DNA from: Camelus dromedarius
Lineage: Eukaryota
Reading direction: 5' to 3'
NCBI RefSeq assembly: GCF_036321535.1
Contig: NC_087437.1
Location: 96,536,001 to 96,600,000, forward strand
Length of the DNA stretch: 64,000 nt
The translations under genes and the position numbers were made by a program. Each line of letters opens with the position of its first letter. Within the stretch, counting starts at the first letter, position 1. The notes under the pieces were generated by a model. That model searched no databases, was not told the DNA's origin, and was given only the letters and a program-made list of their open reading frames with translations. Positions 42,080 to 54,339 of this stretch are shown here, piece after piece.

Positions 42080-42480
42080 TGTTTCATCAGCAAGTAAAGG
42101 CAATGTGCTGGCGCCCTGTTATCCAGACATTATATATGTAACCAGTCCTGACAACTGCTGATTATATCTTTTTTACAGGAGTGCTTTCCTCTTTTTTGTT
42201 TGCCAGTTATATCCTCTAGTGTATATGCCAATGCAGGCAGTGTCCCATCACCGGTAATTGTCACTGGGCTGTCTGTCAGTGACGAGGAGAAAAGGGTGAC
42301 AGCCTTGACATCCCACCAATCATCCCTCTGGAAAATTGATATCGTCCTTCCCAGTAAACAACAGCTCGGGAATCGACCAGTCCCGCCTGCACGTCCCTGA
42401 ACAATCAGCTTCCATTAAGGGCAGAAGCCACACATTTATCCCACCACAGTCCAATCAATAGCAAACTGACTTTTTCTTTC
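42080..42480. promoter_or_regulatory. Putative conserved non-coding element/enhancer
   Basis: Repeat-free, about 8 CpGs in 400 bp, CTGTCA/TGACAG, GTAAACA (FOX), AACAAT (SOX) and CCAAT motifs. Confidence 0.45.
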
Positions 42481-43204
42481 CTTTTAAGCACCCTCTACTT
42501 GTATTTTGCACTTAATACTCCCCAATTACAAACACCTTGTGGTCCTTGTTTGCGTCACTAGAATTCACAGTAAGATTTAAAACATTCATCTGGGAGGCGG
42601 TAGAGAAATCCCCAATGCAATGGATATTTTATTTTTAAACTGATGAATATGCAAACATTGAAGAGACATATATTTCTGTTCCTGTAGATCTGTGATTTTT
42701 CAAATTTTTACATTTTCCATTACCACTCTCTAAAGACTAAGGTATTCTATTATACAATGTATGTATATTTTTAATAGAAACAAATAACCAATGGTTATTG
42801 AGTTAATGGCAATGGTTACAGTCTGATGATGTTAAAGCTCTTTTTCCTAACTCAGATTTTTAAGGGCTCTTACCATGTAAGATGCTCTGATGTTATTTTA
42901 TAGACCATTAAATGCAATATTTTATCAGTGATTACAAATACATGCAATTACGTCCATGTTCATACACTTACATGTTTCTTTTCTTTTACAAAAGAAATGC
43001 CTATTGGATTGTGTATAGTTGTGTACCCAATGACTATCTGGAAATTCTAAGTTTTAGGGCATAAATTTAACAACTGCCCTGTCCATAATGACACTGATTT
43101 TATAATATATGGGCAGCCACCGAGAAAATACCACCTAGGCAGAATATGAGAGTGGATTAAAAAAAACCGGGGGAGGGGGGAGGTGGATTCAGCTACAGTG
43201 GCAG

Positions 43205-43238
43205 AGAGTGTACACTCTTTAAAAGGTGACAGGTGTCA
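43205..43238. promoter_or_regulatory. TALE-homeodomain dimer motif TGACAGGTGTCA preceded by a 14-bp palindrome
   Basis: TGACAGGTGTCA at 43227-43238; AGAGTGTACACTCT at 43205-43218. Confidence 0.4.
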
Positions 43239-44863
43239 GCTCTGGAGGGAAGGCAGTGGCTGAAGGATCATGCCAGAACACTCACTTGCTGATTTATGAA
43301 GTTTCCCTCATGTCAGTCTGCGAGCATGATGTGCTGCTCTATTTCTGGACCAGAGTCAGGTACAAAGGAAGGAACCAGTCAAGGGAAACCTATCACCGTC
43401 AGATCCAATCTCACCCCCCCAGAGCCTCCGGAAGGACCACAGTGGGGAGGCCCCCACTCAACTCCCACCCCCTTTGTGGGGAACTGTGTGTCTGTTTCCA
43501 TTGTAGTCTCCAACCTTTTCGAACACTTTTAAACCATGAACTACCTTCTTAGAGTGACCTTTATCTTTAGAATTTAAAAAAAAAAAAAGAAGAAGGAAAA
43601 AAAGAGCAAACATCAAGGCAGTTATTACTAAAGCAAGTTTGTGGTTTAAGCACTGTCATAGATACAGAGAAAAGTTTTCACTGAAACAGTATGGATAACA
43701 GAAGCAATATTCACAAAACTCCAACTATATATACTCAAATTCCACTGAATACGAATTTTTTAGTAATATTAATGGACACATTCTTTCAGGGAGTTTAAAT
43801 CCAATTCTGGCACATATTAAAGGTAATTTACAAACAACTTAAGTCAAAAGACCAAGACTAACATTAACTTTAAGAACCATACTGGTTACACAGCCATTCT
43901 GTCATTGACTTTATCTTGTATTTAGGGGCAGAAGGTATGTTAAGCAAAATGTTTGGAATGTTCACTATCGTGGAGATCCAGGTATGATGATGAAATGCCA
44001 AGCCACTGGGGAGTTACTGCACCTTCAGCCTTACTAAATGGATACAATCAATACCTTAATGAGGATGTCTAATATCAACCTTTACCAAATTGGCACATTA
44101 CAACATGTTTTCCAGGCTAAGCACTGAGTTCATTTCCTTTTCTCATTTGAATCACAAATTTCATTTCTCTGATCTAGATAAAGACAAATCTCTCATTTAC
44201 AAGCTCAGATTTTCACCATGTTAATGTTTTACAGGGAACAGTAAAGTTAATGCAGCAGAGAAATATCATGTCACCCCTTTGGCAAACTAATTAGAGACAA
44301 GGTTCCATATTCCAATAATTTTGATGGAAGTAGCACAGGACCTACCATAAAAATATGAGAAAACTGTGAAGTGAGAAGATCCAAGGGCTAATATATTATA
44401 TATTTTTAAATGTCTAAAATGCAAAACTATAGTACAATATCACAACCACGATATTGACATCTACATACTATTTTATCTATGTATATTTCTGTATTAGAGT
44501 GGATTTTCTCTATCAGACTATCCCTATGCAGCAGGGAATTAACATAGCTGATTCAAATATATTCATCTTAAGAAGATAACTCTGTTTATATTTGAATGTA
44601 TTTGTATTTGTCTATATGTATGTCCATCCCTCAAGAGAAACCATTTTGACTATGCCAAAAATAAATTCAAAACACAGATGAAATGTTTTAAAAGTAACAC
44701 TGAAGATATTTAGTTAAACTATTATAAATCATGCAAATTCAACATAATTTTCTTGACCTTTTATTATGTGCCCCAGAGCATGTCTAAGTACTAGGTATAA
44801 GTTGTTTAACAAAACAGAGCTGTCAGTCAAATTGAGAATATAGGCATTAAAGAAATGAACATG

Positions 44864-45008
44864 GGGGTCAAGGTATAGCTCAGTGGTAGAGTGCTTGCCT
44901 AGCATGCATGAGGTCTTGGGTTCAATCCCCAGTCTTCCATTAAAATAAATAAATAAATAAACTTAATTACCTCCCCCAAAACAAAAACAAATCATAAAAA
45001 AAATTTAA
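44864..45008 (+). mobile_element. tRNA-Ala-derived SINE, resembling camelid Vic-1
   Basis: A box TAGCTCAGTGG, B box GGTTCAATCC, (AAAT)n region then taattacctccccc and an A-rich tail; 15-bp TSD aaagaaatgaacatg at 44849-44863 and 45009-45023. Confidence 0.9.
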
Positions 45009-45014
45009 AAAGAA

Positions 45015-47366
45015 ATGAACATGCAGATTGAAAAGGAGGGAATACTCCCAAACTCATTCTATGAAGCCACCATCACCCTGATACCAAAACCAGGCAAAGA
45101 CACTACAAAAAAAGAGAATTATAGGCCAATATCACTGATGAACATAGACGCCAAAATCCTCACCAAAATTTTAGCAAATAGAATCCAACAACACATAAAA
45201 AAGATTATACATCATGACCAAGTAGGGTTCATCCCAGGGACACAAGGCTGGTTCAACATACGCAAATCAATCAGTGTAATACATCACATCAACAAGAGAA
45301 AGGACAAAAACCACATGATCATCTCAATCGATGCAGAAAAAGCATTTGATAAAATTCAACACCCATTTATGATAAAAACTCTCACCAAAGTGGGTATAGA
45401 GGGAACATATCTCAACATAATAAAAGCTATATATGACAAACCTACAGCCAGCATAGTACTCAAATATGACAAACCTACAGCCAGCATAGTACTCAACGGG
45501 GAAAAACTCAAAAGCTTCCCACTAAAATCTGGGACAAGACAAGGATGCCCACTATCACCACTCCTATTCAACATAGTCCTGGAAGTCCTAGCCACAGCAG
45601 TCAGGCAAGAGAAAGAAATAAAAGGGATCCAAATTGGAAAAGAAGAGGTAAAAGTGTCATTATATGCTGATGACATGTTACTATATATAGAAAACCCTAA
45701 AAGGTCCACACAAAAGCTACTAGAGCTGATTGAAGAATTCAGCAAGGTAGCAGGTTACAAAATTAACGTTCAAAAATCAGTTGCATTTCTTTACACTAAC
45801 GATAAATCAACAGAAGAAGAAAGTAAAGAAACAATCCCCTTTAAAATAGCACCCAAAGTAATAAAATATCTGGGAATAAATCTAACCAAGGAGGTGAAAG
45901 AATTATACACAGAAAACTATAAACCACTGATGAAGGAAATTAAAGAAGTCTTTAAAAAATGGAAAGATATTCCACGCTCTTGGATTGGAAGAATCAATAT
46001 TGTTAAAATGGTCACACTGCCCAAGGCAATCTACAGATTTAATGCAATCCCTATCCAGTTACCCAGGACATATTTCACAGAACTAGAACAAATCATAATA
46101 AAATTCATATGGAACCATCAAAGACCTAGAATTGCCAAAGCATTACTGAAGAGAAAGAAAGAGGCTGGAGGAATAACTCTCCCAGACTTCAGACAATACT
46201 ATAGAGCTACAGTCATCAAGACAGCATGGTATTGGTACCAAAACAGACATATAGACCAATGGAACAGAATAGAGAGCCCAGAAATGAACCCACCAACTTT
46301 TGGTCAACTCATCTTCGACAAAGGAGGCAAGAATATACATTGGAATAAAGACAGTCTCTTCAGCAAATGGTGTTGGGAAAACTGGACAGCAGCATGTAAA
46401 ACAATGAAGCTAGAACACTCCCTTACACCATATACAAAAATCAACTCAAAATGGATTAAAGACTTAAACATAAGACAAGATACAATAAACCTCCTAGAGG
46501 AAAACATAGGCAAAACATTATCTGACATACATTTCAAAAATTTTCTCCTAGAAGAAATAAAAGCAAGAATAAACAAATGGGACCTAATGAAACTTACAAG
46601 CTTCTGCACAGCAAAGGAAACCAGAAATAAAACAAGAAGAAAACCTACGGAATGGGAGAAAATTTTTGCAAGTGAAACCGACAAAGGCTTGATCTCCAGA
46701 ATATATAAGCCGCTCATATGACTCAATAAGAAAAAAATAAACAACCCAATCCAAAAATGGGCAGAAGACCTAAACAAGCAATTCTCCAAGGAAGACATAC
46801 AAATGATCAAAAAGCACATGAAAAAATGCTCAATATCACTAATTATCAGAGAAATGCAAATCAAAACTACAATGAGGTATCACCTCACACCAGTCAGAAT
46901 GGCCGTCATTCAAAAATCCACAAATGACAAATGCTGGAGAGGCTATGGAGAAAGGGGAACCCTCCTACACTGCTGGTGGGAATGCAGTTTGGTGCAGCCA
47001 CTATGGAAAACAGTGTGGAGATTCCTCAAAAGACTAGGAATAGACTTACCATATGACCCAGGAATCCCACTCCTGGGCTTGTATCCAGAAGGAAATCTAC
47101 TTCAGGATGACACCTGCACCCCAATGTTCATAGCAGCACTATTTACAATAGCCAAAACATGGAAACAGCCTAAATGTCCATCAACAGGTGACTGGATAAA
47201 GAAGAGGTGGTATATTTATACAATGGAATACTACTCAGCCATAAAAACCGACAACATAATGCCATTTGCAGCAACATGGATGCTCCTGGAGAATGTCATT
47301 CTAAGTGAAGTAAGCCAGAAAGAAAAAGAAAAATACCATATGAGATCGCTCATATGTGGAATCTAA
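45015..47366 (+). pseudogene. L1 ORF2p remnant: RT domain (YADD) and C-terminal domain, no endonuclease
   Basis: The 568-aa and 187-aa ORFs share a frame, split by a single TGA at 46719-46721; YADD at 45663-45674; QGCPLSP motif; second Cys of the CCHC motif replaced (CWRGY..HCWWEC). Confidence 0.95.
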
Positions 47367-47698
47367 AAAACAAAAACAAAAACAAAAACAAAAACAAAAA
47401 CAAACAAAAACAAAGTGTAAATAAAGGACAGAAATAGACTCACAGACAGAGAATACAGACTTGTGGTTACCAGGGGGGTGGAGGGTGGGAAGGGATAGAC
47501 TGGGATTTCAAAATTGTAGAATAGACTACACTGTATAGCACAGGGAAATATACACAAAATGTTATGATAACTCACAGAGAAAAAAATGTGACAATGAGTG
47601 TGTATATGTCCATGAATAACTGAAAAATTGTGCTGAACACTGGAATTTGACACAACATTGTAAAATGATTATAAATCAATAAAAAATGTTAAAAAAAA
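45029..47698 (+). mobile_element. 5'-truncated young LINE-1 (RT through 3'UTR and poly-A)
   Basis: L1 ORF2 translation, G-rich 3'UTR, aataaa and A tail; TSD aaagaaatgaacatgcagat at 45009-45028 and 47699-47718. Confidence 0.97.
47367..47414 (+). repeat. (CAAAAA)n expansion at the start of the L1 3'UTR
   Basis: Directly visible; the equivalent tract near 53452-53480 is shorter. Confidence 0.85.
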
Positions 47699-50600
47699 AA
47701 AGAAATGAACATGCAGATATGATTTCAAATTATGGCAAGTACTATTACATGAAATGAAAGGATGCTCTGAAAGAAAATAGCAGGAGGACCCTAAAAAGAC
47801 GTCTGCAAGTAGAGCTGGCCTTTATGATTAAGGAGTTTTTAAATGTACAGCATTGTGAAATTAATGACCTAGAATACAATGTATGTCACTGGATCACTGG
47901 AATCTTTATAGGTTAACTGTTTCATGAGTAGCAAGATTATTATCAGAATCAGCTAGACACCTGCCTCAGAGCAGAGATTAACTCATAGATATTTGTGAAA
48001 AATTTATATAATGTAAAATCAAATTTGTAATACCTATGGATGGGTTCTTTATTCCCATAGCATGTCTAGACAGCAAGAAGAATATTTTAATTATGTTAAA
48101 GCTAGTAGATACCATTGACATTGGAAAATGTAAAAACTTTGTATAGATTCAAAAGAAGCAAAATGCGTAACACCAACTTTACTGAAATTTCCAAAGTAAT
48201 ATTCTTAAATCCTTAACTGGAGAATTTTAAGTATCTTCCACCTCTAGTTCCAATCCCATCAGCCCTCCCAATACCACCATATCCTCTTCTGGTCAAATGT
48301 TTTAACTCCTTTGCAGGCTTATTAGAGGAAAGGGGAAATGCATATCTTTTATAAAAGGTAAGTTATTTAATTCATATAGGAGGGAGATTGTTTTAAAAGT
48401 CTAAGCCATACAACTTATAATCAGAGTGACACAGGCAGGTGTATACTGTTTGCACTAGCAATGTTTCAAGAATTCATTAAGACACTAAACGTGGCATGTA
48501 ACATGGTACTTCTTGGATCTTGCCTATGGAAACACTGTTGCTTATCTGCTCGAAAGTTATTTTAATTAAATGCAGAAGACAATGGTAGCTCTTTATTAAC
48601 ACAATACTTTTATACTCAGGCATTTAATGGAGATACCTAAAATTGTAAGGTCAATATTTGTTAAGCCTTGTATTATTTTAATATTCATCTTCCAATCATA
48701 ATTACATATGTAAAGCATCCAACAATTTCAAACCTTAAACTATAAAAACACATATAGTACAAATTCATTTTGTGTTGTTGTTACTCGTATGGAAGTGGTA
48801 TTTATTCTTAAGCCGTTTTATTTTTTTCTTTTTCAGCTATTACGCTTCACAGAGTATGCTTTCTGCTATATGCCCTATGTTTTTAACATGGGAGAGCTAT
48901 GACTTAAGAAAGCTTGCAAATGTTCCAATTTAAAACTTGGTGAGTTAAATCTCAAGTTTTTACACATTGAATCTGATAAGAGATGAATTATAGCTATATT
49001 TTCCTTGGAAAGAGATTATTTTTAAAATGTTTTATTGGTATTACTGAATTTGCAGTAGAGAAGTACTAATCCAGCATTATATTCAAACCGTGGCTTTGTA
49101 TATAATTTGGACAAAGCCACTAATTTGACAATGATACAGAATATAGAATATTCTTGTCCATAAAGGAAATTATATGTTTCAGTTAGGAAACATGACAGCA
49201 GAGAACGGGGCAAGAAAGAATAGAAAGGAGGTAGAACAGAATAAGGGAACTGAATGAAAAGAAGGACAAGGAGAAGAAAATATATTTTCAGTAAATACAT
49301 GGAAGTCATTGAAAGCTAACTTAGTAATTTTCAAATTGAATTTGTAATTTCTAAATCTGATTTCTTAAGAAGAGCCAAAAATGGAATATCTTTGGGCGAT
49401 ATTTCAGAAAATAAAAGCAAATTGCTATAAAATTATTCTCTAAGTAATCCAAGTTCAACCACTCTGCTTTTTCCATGTTATGCAAAAGTATAAGAAGGTG
49501 ACATATTACTCTGAAATAGAAAATACTTTACAATCTTTTACCTTATTTTTACATCAACTAAAGGTTTTGTGCACACATTTGTCCTTACTAAGGGTTGAAA
49601 TGTTGTTTGAGGAGTGGTCACCATGAATGTACAATACTATATAGTAAATTAACAATAGTCAAATGAAGCACCAGGATCAAATGAAGCCTATATTTAAATA
49701 GCCTTGGCTCCTTATGCAAATTAAGCATCATAAAAATGGTGCTGAGGTTGCATTTTATGGAAGATGGAACTTCATATTGTAGACGCAAAAATCCAATTCC
49801 AAATACATAATTATTATTATGGTCATAATGTGTTTTTCTCAACACCTAAACAAACAACTAAAACCCTCTGGGACCAACATGCCCTAGGCAGTCATGCTCC
49901 ACTGGCTACCTCTTTCTGAAAAGCACAGGCCATGAAGCTTACAGGGAGGGACGGTTGTAATTAGCAGCTTCTTCCAACCCACTGGAGTACTCCTTTCACC
50001 TATCTGTGGAGCCAGTTAACCATTCAGTCATAAAGGATGCTTTAATAACACTTTACATATTCTAATTCCATAGAAAATTGGGGAAGTTATCACAGTAATA
50101 AATTATTCCAAACTCACAATACAATCCGTTTAAAATCAAAACACAATTTCACAATCAAGGTCTACTTATTAGTTTAAAATTACAGTATCAGTATATCCCT
50201 AGGTCAGTCTGTAACTCCTGTGTAATTATATGCCAAGAATGCAGTAATTATATGCTCAGTTTCTAACCTGAAGTAGCAGTAAAAAAAAACCGTAGTTCAA
50301 ATGTAATTTTCTGTACCTCTTATTGGCAACTGTTCACATCTAAACTGCATGGTATGACCCATAGTTATTTTGAACAGTTTCATGCTAACTACTGGACTAT
50401 ATTACATATATCAGTTTATCAAATGAAATAATTTAGGTAAAGAAATAACTTGACTGCTTTTTTTCCCATTGTATCAACATTACCTTTTGGAGACACACTG
50501 TTAAATGAGTGTATTTTCAGTAATGAAACTCTTGGCTAATGTATCCAGTGCATTACTCCAGTGAAAACAACTTAAGATGATGTAAATAGAATAGCATTAA

Positions 50601-50896
50601 TCCATTTACTCTACAAAAGTAGCTTCACATAGGTTATAGGAAAAAAAAGTATTTTCTAAGACAAGTTTATAGACAATCATTTTTTTTTCAACTAAATGTT
50701 AAAATTTTTGAAACTTTTGGTCTCTTTCATACATAAAAGGTTACCATATATAAAGGGTTTTTTCTAATCTCTGGGAAAACTCATCTCTACTTAGGAAATA
50801 AATAGTTTTCTATAAAAGACACTGAAAAATGTGTATTGTATACTTGTCTTCTACAATTACTATTAAGATAATAAGCATCAGAGAGAGTATAATTCA

Positions 50897-52022
50897 GAGA
50901 GAGAATCAAATGGCAGAGTAGAAGGACGCTCGTAGCTCACCCTCTCCCACAAATACACCAAAACTCACATCTATGGACCCACTCAGCCAACCAGAGCACC
51001 TGCTGAACTCTGACAGAACACTGGCCTCTTCGAAAGACAAAGACGACAAAAATCTGGTAGGAGAAAAGGAAAAAAGAAAATAGAAAAATCAAAACAGTGG
51101 GGGACAGGTCCCACGGGGAGGGAGTGGCAAAGGAGGACTAACGCTCGTTTGCTGGGTCTCCCACCTCCAACGGAGAGGCCAACGGGACAGACGGGGAGCC
51201 TCTGAGGCTCGGATCTTCCCCGAGCACCCCTGGACTGACAGAACTAAGTTAAACGGGCACAGAGGGTCCCTGCAACACCCAGCCCGAGACAAGAGTCGGC
51301 AGCCGGGAGCAGGGGACAGGCTGCCTGAGCTGGGCAGAGGACTGGGGCAGCAGGGTGCTGCGTGCCATGGCTGGGAGGAGATACAGAGCAGAACAACCTC
51401 AGTCCCCCATAAATTGCAAAAAAAGCAAATCAACACGGCTGGTGTGCCCTGGGGGGAGGGGCACCATAGCCTTTGTCTCCTCAGACCCGCGCCACCATTA
51501 TTGGCGCTTCCCGCAAGAAGAGAGGCGGGGCGCTGCCACAGCAGCCATCTCATCCTGTGTGCAGCGCCCCAGCGGGGGCGGGGCCGAGACCTGAATCCGC
51601 AAAGCAGTGGCTCAGCAACCTCCAAGGCAAGACTGAGACTTGTTTACAGCCCGAGGCAGATAGGTTCTTTCTGCCCTGGCACCTCAGAGAACTCATGCCA
51701 CCAAGACAAACAAGGAGCTGAGATTTGGCATGGAGCAGGGGTAGGGCAGTTCCCCGGTCTTCCCAGAGCCCACCTTGGGAGCACTGACCCAAGGCAGAGT
51801 GGGCAGCTGCACAGAGCAGGAGAGCTACTGGCACCTGGAGAGGGTGGGCGGCCACCCACCTTCCTGGCAAGAACGCAGCACCTGACCGCGGTGCTGGGAG
51901 GGGGTGTGACCCGCCCACCCACAGGTTTTATTCCTGTATAGGCTTTAGATAGATAAATAAATAAACTCCTTAAGGAACACAATTGATAACTGATACTCCA
52001 TAAGCCACAGTGCCAGAGAGAT
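50897..52022 (+). promoter_or_regulatory. L1 5'UTR internal promoter (GC/CpG-rich)
   Basis: Starts with caaatggcagagtagaaggacg (degenerate YY1-type aagatggcg start); the most GC/CpG-rich kb of the window; ends at the ORF1 ATG. Confidence 0.8.
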
Positions 52023-52922
52023 ATGAGCAATATGAAGAAGCAGAGGAACCACTCCCAATTAAAAAATCAAGAAAAATCCCCTGAAAGCACAATCAAGGAA
52101 ACAGACACTGATGGCCTACTAGATCAAGATTTCAAAAAAGGAGTGATCAAAGTACTGAAGGAACTAAAAGAAATAGTGTTTAGAGATATAAAATATGTCG
52201 AAAATGAAATTGAAGCTATATAAAAGAGCCAAGTAGAATTGGTAAACTCATTTGCTGAGATGAGAGCTGATCTAAAGGCTGTACAAAGCAGGCTAGATAA
52301 TGCAGAGAAACAAATAGGTGACCTAGAAGAGAGAACAACAGAAAGCACCCAATCAGAACAGCTGAGAGAAAAACAAATAAAAAACAATGAAAACAATATA
52401 AGGGACCTATGGGATAATATAAAGTGTGCCAATCTACACATAATAGGGGTTCCAGAAGGGGAAGAAAGAACAAAGAGGATTGAAAAGGTATCTGAAGAAA
52501 TCATGACTGAAAACTTCCCAAACCTAAAGAAGGAAACAGATATCCAAGTACAGGAGGCTCAGAGGGTCCCAAACAGGAAGGACCCAAACAGACCCACACC
52601 AAGACATACCATAATCAAGACGGCCAGAGTCAAGGATAAAGAAATGATCCTAAAGGCAGCAAGAGAAAAACAAAGAGTGAGTTACAAGGGAACCCCCATA
52701 AGGCTCTTAGCTGACTTCTCTACACAAACACTACAGGCCAGAAGGGAGTGGCAAGATATATTCAAAGTCCTGAAGGAAAAAAAGATGCAGCCTAGGATAC
52801 TCTATCCAGCAAGGCTATCCTTTAGAATAGGAGAGATAAAGAACTTCACAGACAAGCAAAAACTGAAAGAGTTTAGCAACACTAAACCCATGCTAAAAGA
52901 AATATTCACAGGTCTACTCTAA
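52023..52922 (+). pseudogene. L1 ORF1p (299 codons) with one in-frame stop
   Basis: The 66-aa and 227-aa ORFs share a frame, split by TAA at 52221-52223; coiled-coil region, NLHIIGVPEGEE, ILKAAREK, ARREW and YPARLSF motifs. Confidence 0.95.
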
Positions 52923-54339
52923 ATAGAAAAGAAGCTAGATGCTACAAAAATGAGAAACTCATAACTGGAAAGGTGGTAACTACCATGAATTACAAATAAA
53001 ATAAACACAATGTTGTAAAAGAAGACGTCTAAATTATTTAGAGTGGGAGAGGAAAGCAAGGAAAGCCACTGTGGAAAACAGTATGGAGATTCCTCAAAAG
53101 ACTAGGAATAGACTTACCCTATGACCCAGGAATCCCGCTCCTGGGCACACATCCAGAAGGAACCCTACTTCAAAATGACACCTGCACCCCAGTATTCATG
53201 TTCAATGTTCATAGCAACACTATTTACAATAGCCAAGAACGGAAACATGGAAACAGCCTAAATGTCCATCGACAGATGACTAGATAAAGATGAAGTGGTA
53301 TATTTATACAATGGAATACTATTCAGCCATAAAAACCGACAACATAACGCCATTTGCAGCAACATGGATGTTCCTGGAGAATGTCATTCTAAGTGAAGTA
53401 AGCCAGAAAGAGAAAAAAATGCCATATGAGATCACTCATATGTGGAATCTAAAAAAACAAAACAAAACAAAAATACAAAACAGAAACAGACTCACAGACA
53501 TAGAATACAAACTTGTAGTTGCCAAGGGGGCGGGGGGTGGGGAGGGACAGACTGGGATTTTAAAATGTAGAATAGATAGACAAGATTATACTGTATAGCA
53601 CATGGAAATATACACAAGATCTTGTGGTAGCTCACAGTGAAAAAAAAAGTAACAATGAAATATATGTATGTTCATGTATAACTGAAAAATTGTGCTCTAC
53701 ACTGGAATTTGACATAACATTGTAAAATGACTATTACTCAATAAAAAAATGTAAATAAATAAATAAATGAGAGTATAATTCACGTTTTATGTCTGAGGTA
53801 AACATACACATGCACAAATCTGTTATCTCTGGTAAACCTACATTTTCCTCTTGATTCTCTCTCTCTTCTTTTGTTCTTACAGCTAGCTCCCAGACTAACG
53901 AAGAGTAGGGGGATAATTTCAGAACAAGCAAAGAATTGCTATAACATGATGTATCACTGGCAATAAAATGTTTGCATACTTAATTCCATCACTGGAGAAA
54001 CTTAAAATACACAGGACAGAATTAATTATGGGAAATTGATCTGTACCCCATCGGTTCTCTGTTTTCAGCTGAGCCCAAGTATGAATTTTCCATAGTTCTA
54101 AAACAATTAATTTAACTTACATACTTTAATGATTTCATATATTTATATGAACCACCTTGAATATTACATTCTTATTAAAATATTCAAGTTTGGTCACAGA
54201 ATACAGAGAAATATTACTGTGCATCTTTTGACAGGAGGTTATCCTTTGATTTGGACAGGTAGACACATTTTATTTTTATTTTCCAGACAATATAAAACAA
54301 ATCACCTACTCCACTTTACAGGTGCCACTGATGACTAAA

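Larger units (their letters stand above)
50897..53768 (+). mobile_element. Internally deleted L1 with both termini (5'UTR + ORF1 + end of ORF2 + 3'UTR); half-L1-like
   Basis: Exact 14-bp TSD gagagtataattca at 50883-50896 and 53769-53782; CpG-rich 5'UTR; ORF1; junction near 53064 into sequence equivalent to 46996 onward; aataaa and (AAAT)n tail. Confidence 0.93.

Noticed and set aside
192..44000. Numerous 60-130 aa ORFs in the track
   Set aside because: Composition matches translated AT-rich non-coding DNA or repeats; many start at TTG/GTG; no recognisable domains
44864..44938. tRNA-Ala-like gene
   Set aside because: It has a SINE body, A-rich tail and TSD, and the acceptor stem is degenerate; it is a SINE, not a tRNA gene
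47473..47495. G-quadruplex-capable tract
   Set aside because: Standard G-rich segment of L1 3'UTRs
45356..47653. Minus-strand ORFs of 65-186 aa
   Set aside because: Antisense shadows of L1 ORF2 and the 3'UTR
48837..48939. Plus-strand segment with a strong acceptor and GTGAGT donor
   Set aside because: Stops in all three frames; at most a non-coding or cryptic exon
51089..52030. Several 80-180 aa ORFs on both strands, including a possible antisense ORF0-like frame
   Set aside because: All lie in the GC-rich L1 5'UTR where stops are rare; the 178-aa antisense ORF starts at TTG and none resembles a known protein
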